Source of the DNA: Candidatus Heimdallarchaeota archaeon
GTDB taxonomy: Archaea > Asgardarchaeota > Heimdallarchaeia > Heimdallarchaeales > Kariarchaeaceae
Assembly: GCA_030149205.1 (NCBI GenBank)
Contig: JASBSB010000006.1
Location: 150,001-182,000, forward strand
Direction: 5' to 3'
Length of the DNA stretch: 32,000 bases
The stretch's first letter is position 1; every line of letters begins with the position of its first letter. Below the pieces are notes generated by a model, which was given only the letters and a program-made list of their open reading frames with translations, did no database searches and was not told where the DNA came from. Of this stretch, positions 18,528 through 26,279 are shown one piece after another. A program made the translations under genes and the position numbers.

Positions 18528-20450
18528 TTATGAAAAACTCTCTTGATTGATGACAATATTTTTTCTATTGTTCCACTCTCTCTTTGGCATTGAAAAGAGT
18601 GGTTCTATACCATCAATTACCATATTTTTCATAAATTTAACCATACGAGTTCTGGTTAATAACTCACCATCTATATGTCGAATAATTCCATTAGGTCTCC
18701 AACCAGTATACGTAAACAGCAATTGTTCAAGTTGCCCAGTATAGTTTATTTCTACAATAATAGATTTTTTGATTTTATTCAATTCAGTTTTAACTTTCTC
18801 AACAGGTAGTGGAAACATATTAGTGAAAATTAAACCATTCCACTTTAATTCAGTCTGTTCATTTAACAGTTCAACAGTTTCTTCAACCGCTGTACCAATA
18901 GAACCCCACCCTATTAATGTTATATCTGCATCGTCACCATTGACCCACTCTGGTGGATCCATATCCTCAGTAGCTAATTTTTCTAATTTTCGAAACCTTT
19001 TGTCAAACATTTGGACTTTTAGTTTTCTTGCCTTGGAAAGACCTGCAGAATGTCCTGCAAGTGAGAAAGAATCTACATCATGTTCAGCACCAACAGCCAC
19101 ATGGATCCCATCAGGATGAGGAGCGAATAGCCTGGGTGATATTCCATCTTCAGTTAGAGCATATCTGTGATATTCTGGCTCTTCTTCAGTTGGACCTTCC
19201 CAAACCTTTCCTCTATCAATTTTCACATCAAAGTTAAATGGTTCTACATTTTGAATCCCTTCAGCCAGACCAAAATCTGAGAGAATAAAAACAGGAATTT
19301 GATACTTTTCTGCAATGTTGAATGCCTTTATAGTCAGATGATAGGCATCTGTAATATCTTTTGGTGAGAAAACGGCTCTCGGGAATTCTCCATGTGAAAG
19401 ATTAATCACTGAATGTAAATCTCCCTGTTCGGTCTTGGTAGGCATTCCAGTTGATGGACCTCCTCTTTGAGCATCAACAATTACAACAGGAGTTTCAGTT
19501 ATTCCTGCCAGGCCTACATTTTCAGCCATCAATGATATTCCAGGCCCTGATGTTGCTGTCATGGCCCTTACTCCCGTCCATGATGCACCTATAATCATTG
19601 CGATGGCAGCTAACTCATCTTCAGCTTGTCTTACTACGATTCCGAATTTTGAAGCGTTTTGAGAGAGGTATGTCAAAATACTTGAGGCTGGTGTGATTGG
19701 ATACTGAGCAACAAATTTGAGTCCTGCTGCTGCTGCTCCAAGCGCCACAGCATGATTCCCATTAATCACGATCCCATTTGACTTTTTAAGTTTGCCTTCA
19801 GTTAAAATTAATTCGAAGTCTAGACTATCTCTTGAGAATTCAAACCCTTTTTGTAATGCTTCAACATTCATGTCAAAAAGATCTTTTCGGGGAAATCTTT
19901 TTCTTAATACTTCATGGTACGGTTCAAGTGGAAGACTAAGAATTTCCAATATCGCACCAATAGCAACTGTATTTCCTAATACAGGTTTTTTAAGATCAAT
20001 CTCACGAGCAATCGTTGTGAGAGGAATCCCTAGAAGCACCAGATTTTTCTGTTCTATAACATCCATAAATTCCGTCAGATCGACCTTTCGAGTGTTATTG
20101 TAGATCAAAACACCATTAGGTTTAATCTCGTTTAAGTGGATCCCCACAGAGTTTGCATCAAGGGCAACTATCATATCGACAACGTTATCTGCTGTTGCAA
20201 AGTTTTCGCTGGATATCTCAATATGGTACCAAATATGACCTCCCCTAATAGCTGATTGATTCCCAGGGTAGCCATGTACACTATAACCCAACGTATTGAA
20301 ATATTTTGTAATCAATAAACCTGTAGACTGAAGACCATCACCAGCAGCACCACCCCATTTCATGGCGAATCGTTTCAGTGGTTTGCCTGATTCAATAGGT
20401 TTCTGTGTGTCTACGTCTTTTAACACTTCTTCCAGTGAAATTGAACTCAT
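18528..20450 (-). CDS. korA: 2-oxoacid:ferredoxin oxidoreductase alpha subunit (gamma-alpha fusion)
   Basis: GGAAGDGLQSTG, IRGGH, QYPITPAS, QAEDE, TATSGPG, QRGGPSTGMPTKTEQGD. GAGGT SD-like sequence upstream. Confidence 0.95.
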   Translation of the reverse strand: MSSISLEEVLKDVDTQKPIESGKPLKRFAMKWGGAAGDGLQSTGLLITKYFNTLGYSVHGYPGNQSAIRGGHIWYHIEISSENFATADNVVDMIVALDANSVGIHLNEIKPNGVLIYNNTRKVDLTEFMDVIEQKNLVLLGIPLTTIAREIDLKKPVLGNTVAIGAILEILSLPLEPYHEVLRKRFPRKDLFDMNVEALQKGFEFSRDSLDFELILTEGKLKKSNGIVINGNHAVALGAAAAGLKFVAQYPITPASSILTYLSQNASKFGIVVRQAEDELAAIAMIIGASWTGVRAMTATSGPGISLMAENVGLAGITETPVVIVDAQRGGPSTGMPTKTEQGDLHSVINLSHGEFPRAVFSPKDITDAYHLTIKAFNIAEKYQIPVFILSDFGLAEGIQNVEPFNFDVKIDRGKVWEGPTEEEPEYHRYALTEDGISPRLFAPHPDGIHVAVGAEHDVDSFSLAGHSAGLSKARKLKVQMFDKRFRKLEKLATEDMDPPEWVNGDDADITLIGWGSIGTAVEETVELLNEQTELKWNGLIFTNMFPLPVEKVKTELNKIKKSIIVEINYTGQLEQLLFTYTGWRPNGIIRHIDGELLTRTRMVKFMKNMVIDGIEPLFSMPKREWNNRKNIVINQESFS

Positions 20451-20534
20451 TAATTAACCTCAACCAACTACCAAGATATTACTTTAAATACAGAACTATA
20501 ATGAACCCAATTTTTGACCTATAATCATTCAATA

Positions 20535-22166
20535 TTAAACTTGAGTGTTCAAGTAGTTGAACCCATGAGGGCTAGAAACAGGGTTATAACTTCTAATGTA
20601 AGTAGGAATATAATCTGCAAGTCCAGTCAATAAAGCTAGGTCGATCCATATCCATGATACCTCTTGTCCAAATTTCTCTTTGGTAAACCTCCCAAATTGC
20701 CAAGAAAGATATTTACTAGGGTCAGATTTATGCTGAACCTTTAACAGAGAAAGAAAGGTCGAATGTATAAATTCTCTGAGTTGTATCTCAACCTTCCTCA
20801 AGCCAGCTAGATCCTCTGACTTTTGACATGTAACCTGGTCTCTTAAGATTTTAAACAGGAACTGATTTTGCAGACTCGGGATATTCCTTTTTTCTAATTC
20901 TTTCCCTAGTTTCTCAATCCAATTTGAATTGTAAAAGGCTCTTTTATACCTGAAATAAATAGGAGTTTTTATTGGAATCGCATTAATAGCATTTGAAACC
21001 TGAGCATAGTATGCAATTTCACCAGGTCCTGAAATTCTTATCTTTATATTCAGGATGTTTTGAACTATTGCTTGTGAAGATTCAACCCTTGGCCCCAAAT
21101 CTTTGATAATCGATTTCAAATCTTCCTCAGTTTTAACTAGGAACTCATAATCTTTTTTGCAAACCGAACATTGACCATAAAGTAGAAATCCGTCCTGATG
21201 CTTAGATTTTGAAATATTAACACGGTATCCCGAGCAGGGACATTCATAAGAGAAAGGTAAGTAAGATTCATCTCGTTGGGGGAGAGAGGGCTTATATCCC
21301 AATTTGATGAGCTCTTCGGTTTGCTTGTTGAATATTTTGTGAAAGTCATCTGAACAAAGAATTTTAAAGTACTGAGATGTCAGTAACTCTCTTAGATCTG
21401 GGTGGGATGTCGGAAGGAATACAATCCCAAGATCATTTATTTTATTAGATATAGTTCCCCAAATTTTGACGAAGAAATCTGGAAAGGTCTTTGAGTTAGA
21501 ATGTGCAAATCTGATTAATGTTTTAATGTGGGCAAGTCGCTCATCCAATAGTTTTTTCTTGTCAACTGGTTTTACAGAACTTTTAAACCCGTTTATCGAT
21601 TGATCGATCTGAAGAAAGACATTTTCTAGCCATTTTTCATCAGGAATTTCAACTCTATGGATAACAGTATCTTCCTGTACCTCTAATGAATCATTTGCAT
21701 CTAGAATTACCGCATTAGGTGAGATCGGGTTTGGAAAATAAGTTCTATAGAGCTCTTTTTGATACCCATCATAATCACCAACCATAAATATTGGTGCTAT
21801 CTTTTTTCCTTCAACATCTACAACTTCTGATATGGCTGAAAGAATTGATATTTTGTTTGCAATAAAACCAGGACCTCCCAAAATCACCGGTTGTTGACCA
21901 GCCATCACTGAACCAAAATTCAATCGTTGGATATTATCTTCAACTTTTTGAGAATAAATTGAGTGCTCAATATGGAAATTTCTTAACAATACCTTTAATT
22001 TGTCAAGATCGTCTGCATCAGTTTCGTTGTTTTCAAAAGAAATCTGATCAGATAGCTTGTTAATCTCTGATCCAATATTCCCCCAAAATGGATTGATTAA
22101 CTCTCTCTTTTCCAAAAATAAATCATACAGGGTATTTGGATTAAGAAGATCAGAATCCTTGTTCAC
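20535..22166 (-). CDS. bshC: Bacillithiol biosynthesis cysteine-adding enzyme BshC-like protein
   Basis: AGQQPVILGGP...NK (BshC TGQQ..GGP.Y...K), PIFMVGDYD (PVFW.AGEDHD), GPGEIAYYAQ (GPGE.AYW.Q). 543 aa, typical BshC length; GTG start. Confidence 0.8.
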   Translation of the reverse strand: MNKDSDLLNPNTLYDLFLEKRELINPFWGNIGSEINKLSDQISFENNETDADDLDKLKVLLRNFHIEHSIYSQKVEDNIQRLNFGSVMAGQQPVILGGPGFIANKISILSAISEVVDVEGKKIAPIFMVGDYDGYQKELYRTYFPNPISPNAVILDANDSLEVQEDTVIHRVEIPDEKWLENVFLQIDQSINGFKSSVKPVDKKKLLDERLAHIKTLIRFAHSNSKTFPDFFVKIWGTISNKINDLGIVFLPTSHPDLRELLTSQYFKILCSDDFHKIFNKQTEELIKLGYKPSLPQRDESYLPFSYECPCSGYRVNISKSKHQDGFLLYGQCSVCKKDYEFLVKTEEDLKSIIKDLGPRVESSQAIVQNILNIKIRISGPGEIAYYAQVSNAINAIPIKTPIYFRYKRAFYNSNWIEKLGKELEKRNIPSLQNQFLFKILRDQVTCQKSEDLAGLRKVEIQLREFIHSTFLSLLKVQHKSDPSKYLSWQFGRFTKEKFGQEVSWIWIDLALLTGLADYIPTYIRSYNPVSSPHGFNYLNTQV

Positions 22167-22220
22167 AAAACATAAATTTTTGATATCTTTTAATGTTCTT
22201 TCGAAGGGATAAGTTTCACC

Positions 22221-22233
22221 TCAGAAATTCTGA
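22221..22233. promoter_or_regulatory. 13-bp palindrome TCAGAAATTCTGA, copy 2 (bshC/trxB divergent intergenic region)
   Basis: Identical to 13501-13513; about 55 bp from the bshC start and 67 bp from the trxB-like start. Confidence 0.45.
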
Positions 22234-22299
22234 TTGAAAATTTACAATTTGGGAGGATTATCTAAAAATCTTATAAGGAAGAAGGGTTAATATCCATTA

Positions 22300-23211
22300 A
22301 TGTTTAACATGCCAAACGGTGAACTAATTCACACTGATGTTGTTGTAATAGGCGCTGGAATTGCGGGAATAAACGTAGCAAAAATCATTAAGGAGTTCAC
22401 AGAAAAAGAGGTTTGGCTATTAGGGAGCCCATATGAGTCGCAGGTGGCAAAGGCTGGATACATCGTGGATTCAGATGATGTCAGCTCTCAAAAAGTTGGA
22501 CAACAATTAATAAAAGAAATGTTTGAAGAGACAAAAGGTTTGGGAATTAAAACTAAAACCAGCTTAGTGACTGAAATAGAGCCTCAGGGTGAGAAAGTAC
22601 TTTCAAAAACTAAATTTCAAGACTTTATCTCAGATTATATCATAATTGCAACAGGAGCAAAACAGATGAACAGCTTAATTCCAGGATTTGATGACCTGCT
22701 ACACCAAGGTGTTTCTGATTGTGCTGTTTGTGATGCGAACTTGTATAAAAACAAAAAAGTTGCCTTATTTGGTAATCATGAGTACTCTCTCCAAAGTTTG
22801 AAGTTTTTGCTAAATGTTGTACCTGATGTATATTTATTATGGGAAGGGGAGAATCTATCGACAACAGAACTTCCTCTTGATAAATCCAAAATTTATTTGG
22901 GTGTAAAGAATTTACGAATTTTTGGGAATGAGGTAGTAGAAGAGGTAAAGTTTGAATCTAACAAAGAGCAGCATTCGTTAAAAATCAATGGACTCTTTGT
23001 TGAATCCAAGCCACGGTCAAACTCCACGATCTTTCAGAATTTACTTGAAGTAACAGAAAATGGAGAAATTGTTACTGATCAATATTTTAGAACCTCTGCA
23101 AAGAACATTTATGCAATAGGGGACGTGACTTCAAAAGAAAAATCTGTGGCAAGTGTATTTAATCAGCTAAAGAGTTTTAAAAATCTTGTAAAATCCAAGA
23201 CTATCTTATAA
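22300..23211 (+). CDS. trxB: Thioredoxin reductase-like flavoprotein with degenerate NAD(P)H-binding motif
   Basis: FAD motif VVVIGAGIAG, IIATGA, redox CAVCD, RTSAKNIYAIGD. The GGGxxA position reads FGNHEYS. Confidence 0.7.
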   Translation: MFNMPNGELIHTDVVVIGAGIAGINVAKIIKEFTEKEVWLLGSPYESQVAKAGYIVDSDDVSSQKVGQQLIKEMFEETKGLGIKTKTSLVTEIEPQGEKVLSKTKFQDFISDYIIIATGAKQMNSLIPGFDDLLHQGVSDCAVCDANLYKNKKVALFGNHEYSLQSLKFLLNVVPDVYLLWEGENLSTTELPLDKSKIYLGVKNLRIFGNEVVEEVKFESNKEQHSLKINGLFVESKPRSNSTIFQNLLEVTENGEIVTDQYFRTSAKNIYAIGDVTSKEKSVASVFNQLKSFKNLVKSKTIL

Positions 23212-23255
23212 TTCCTTGTCCAAAAGCGTTAAAACTTGATAAGATACTGTATCCT

Positions 23256-24851
23256 GTGCAAATAAAATTCGGGATCATTGAAACTACAATCTTTCAAAAG
23301 CGGTTAGAGAGCATTGCTGAGGAAATGAGTAGGGTATTGAGGAGAGCCTCATACTCACCAAACATCAAAGAGAGAGCAGACTTTTCATGTGCGATATTCG
23401 ACAGTGAGGGGAGATTAATGGCTCAGGCTGAGGCAATACCTGTACATCTGGGATCAATGGGGTTTGTTGCAAAGCCAGTTATAAATAAATTTCAAGGAAA
23501 ATGGAGTGAGGGGGACGCAATAATCGTAAATTCACCTCGTTCTGAATTTGGTGGAACCCACCTTCCCGATATTACCTTGTTATCACCGATTTTTGTTGAA
23601 GAAAAACTGGCTTATGTGGTTGCAAATCGTGCTCATCATGCAGATGTTGGGGGTATGGCACCAGGTTCGCTTCCTGCAGATTCAGTTGAAGTGTTCCAAG
23701 AGGGTCTAATAATTCCACCAATAAGATTATTCAAAAAAGGAAGGGTAAACTTAGATGTTCTTGAATTGATTTTAGAAAACGTCAGAACCCCAGATGAAAG
23801 AAAAGGAGACCTAAACGCACAGTATGCAAGCCTATCCCTTGGTACAAGAAGGTTAAAATCAGTTTTGGGAACAAGTTCATTTTCAGAAATAGTTCAAATT
23901 AACACAAATATTTTAGATTATTCAGAATCGGCAACGAAAAAGATTCTTAAGACTTTACCAAAAGGTTCAGGGACATTTGAAGATACTTTAGATAACGATG
24001 GTTTTAGTCAATCGCCTGTGAAAATTAGATGTTATGCTAATTTGACAGATCAAGGTGAATTACTCTTTGATTTTACAGGAAGTGATTCTGAACAACTGAG
24101 TAATTGTAATGCACCGCTTTCAATCACAACCTCATGTGCTTATTATGCCACTAGACTGTTAACAGGGCCATCAGTTCCAACAAATGAAGGTTGTTTCCGC
24201 TCAGTTAAGGTTATTGCTCCGGAAAATAGTATCCTAAACCCCTCTAAAAATGCAGCAACTTCAAGCGCTAACACAGAGACCAGCCAAAGAATTGTTGATG
24301 TAATCCTTGGAGCACTCAGTCAATGGATCCCTTTAATTCCAGCTGCATCACAGGGAACCATGAATAACGTTATCCTAGGTGGGATTTACAAAGAAGAAAA
24401 TTGGACAATTTATGAAACTCTAGGAGGAGGAGCTGGGGCAAATTTTGAAAATGAGGGGACATCCGCAATACAGTGTCATATGACCAATACTGAGAATACA
24501 CCAATAGAAGCTCTAGAAACACAGTACCCCTTAATAATAAGAGAGTACAGGATTAGAGAGGGCTCTGGGGGATTAGGTGAAAAGGTTGGTGGAGATGGGT
24601 TAATTAGAACATATGAGTTTGTGGATAAAACTACTGTTTCGTTACAGACTGAGAGAAGAGTGTCTAACCCTTATGGCATAAAGGGAGGGAAACCTGGGGA
24701 AAAAGGTGAAAACATTCTCCTACAAAAGGGTAAAAAAGGTGAAAAATTAAGGGGTAAAACATCCTGCCGGATGGAAAGTGGTGATATGCTAATTATTAAA
24801 ACCCCAGGTGGTGGAGGATACGGATCCCTTACAAAACAACCTCTCCTTTGA
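23256..24851 (+). CDS. Hydantoinase B/5-oxoprolinase family subunit
   Basis: AEEM..VLRRASYSPNIKERADFSCA, PVHLGSM, GGTHLPD, RAHHADVGG, GTMNN, YETLGGG, HMTNTENTPIE, TPGGGGYG. Confidence 0.93.
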   Translation: MQIKFGIIETTIFQKRLESIAEEMSRVLRRASYSPNIKERADFSCAIFDSEGRLMAQAEAIPVHLGSMGFVAKPVINKFQGKWSEGDAIIVNSPRSEFGGTHLPDITLLSPIFVEEKLAYVVANRAHHADVGGMAPGSLPADSVEVFQEGLIIPPIRLFKKGRVNLDVLELILENVRTPDERKGDLNAQYASLSLGTRRLKSVLGTSSFSEIVQINTNILDYSESATKKILKTLPKGSGTFEDTLDNDGFSQSPVKIRCYANLTDQGELLFDFTGSDSEQLSNCNAPLSITTSCAYYATRLLTGPSVPTNEGCFRSVKVIAPENSILNPSKNAATSSANTETSQRIVDVILGALSQWIPLIPAASQGTMNNVILGGIYKEENWTIYETLGGGAGANFENEGTSAIQCHMTNTENTPIEALETQYPLIIREYRIREGSGGLGEKVGGDGLIRTYEFVDKTTVSLQTERRVSNPYGIKGGKPGEKGENILLQKGKKGEKLRGKTSCRMESGDMLIIKTPGGGGYGSLTKQPLL

Positions 24852-24969
24852 GTTTCTACATGAAAATGAAAATAAATATATATACTGCAAAATATCTATG
24901 AGTATAGGTTGGTTTAGAATTCTTCACAGAAATTCAAATAGGCCAGTTCAAGGAGATTTCAATGCTCAT

Positions 24970-26226
24970 ATGAACAGCAATGGTTCTAATGTAAAAACAG
25001 TAATAGTTGCGGCAGTCCCAGAAATTAACCGAAACATCTCTTCCCTCTTTGCTAAATTTAAATTTGACATCATCGGTTCTACAACCTCTCTTGATGAGGC
25101 ACACACCATATTGCGAAAATCTCAACCAGAAGGGATAGTATACTTTCTTGATGTTGATATCAATGAGGTTCTTACTGCCTTCCAAATCTTTGATGAATTA
25201 CCCCAGACCCCAATTCTCCTCTTAGGGCAATTAGATGCCCTTATTAAGGTTAAATTGAAAAAACTAAAAAACCCAACCATGCATTCTGATTACCCACTTA
25301 GGAATCCATTCTCTGTTTTAAATAGATTTAAGTCATTAATCCTGGGTGATACAGATAATTCTGATATCTTTGCTCTTGAATTTATCAACCATATTCTCAA
25401 TGAGATTTACTTATTAACACCAAGAACATACAAAAAAACGGTGAAGGCTTTAATTACCCAAGTATTTCAGAATGTCGAGAAAAGGAACTCAAACTTTGTG
25501 TTTGATCAAAACACACTAACAATTTTTTATTCAATTGACGTTACTGAAATTAAAACTCAACAAATGATCTTACTAGTTTCGAGCTTTGCACTGAACGAAT
25601 TTATCCAATTGTTAGATAAAAATATCGATGAGCATTGGAGTCATTCACTGGTTCAGGATGCGATTCTCCAAGTTCTTATAAAATTTGGAAACAAAAATCA
25701 AAAATTGCTTCAGGTTTTCATTGATCAATTTGACGACTTAGCTGAATATAAATCAACCCTAAACCTCCCAACTGGGTCAAAGGATGAACAATTAGATGTA
25801 CATGTTGGACTAATTACTCTTGAGAATGATGGACCAGTCCTCAAGAAGTTCATTGGCTCTGGATCATTATTTGACCCTGTTAATGTTGCCCAGCTTGTGT
25901 TATTGGTTGGTCAAGGAGAATCTTATCGTGAAGGAATATATGGACCTGTTCCGTTTAATACCCCTGTAGGAGATTATGTCACAATAATTGCTAGTAAAAA
26001 AATGAAATCAGATACCCTAACGGATGAAAGGATGGGTGGGACAACACTCGCATTATGTGTTGGTATATTCCATAGATCTTTAGTTAAGACTATTAAAGTT
26101 AGAAAGGTATTCAAAACCATATTCTACCCCTTCCTTGAGAAGTTATCTGTAAATGATATTGATGAAAATATACTATCAAGGATTAATCAGGGGATATTGA
26201 ATTATCTTCAGGATAATACTAGTTAA
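24970..26226 (+). CDS. Hypothetical protein: pseudo-receiver-like N-terminus and longin/uDENN-like C-terminal domain
   Basis: Long clean ORF. N-terminal beta/alpha pattern resembles a receiver domain without the acidic pocket; C-terminus has ITLENDGP..GQG..Y..GIYGPVP..DER. Start uncertain (ATG 24898 or 24970). Confidence 0.55.
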   Translation: MNSNGSNVKTVIVAAVPEINRNISSLFAKFKFDIIGSTTSLDEAHTILRKSQPEGIVYFLDVDINEVLTAFQIFDELPQTPILLLGQLDALIKVKLKKLKNPTMHSDYPLRNPFSVLNRFKSLILGDTDNSDIFALEFINHILNEIYLLTPRTYKKTVKALITQVFQNVEKRNSNFVFDQNTLTIFYSIDVTEIKTQQMILLVSSFALNEFIQLLDKNIDEHWSHSLVQDAILQVLIKFGNKNQKLLQVFIDQFDDLAEYKSTLNLPTGSKDEQLDVHVGLITLENDGPVLKKFIGSGSLFDPVNVAQLVLLVGQGESYREGIYGPVPFNTPVGDYVTIIASKKMKSDTLTDERMGGTTLALCVGIFHRSLVKTIKVRKVFKTIFYPFLEKLSVNDIDENILSRINQGILNYLQDNTS

Positions 26227-26279
26227 AATTAAATTAGAGCTTAGTCACAGTTTATTAACAAACCACTAAAATTTCCCTT

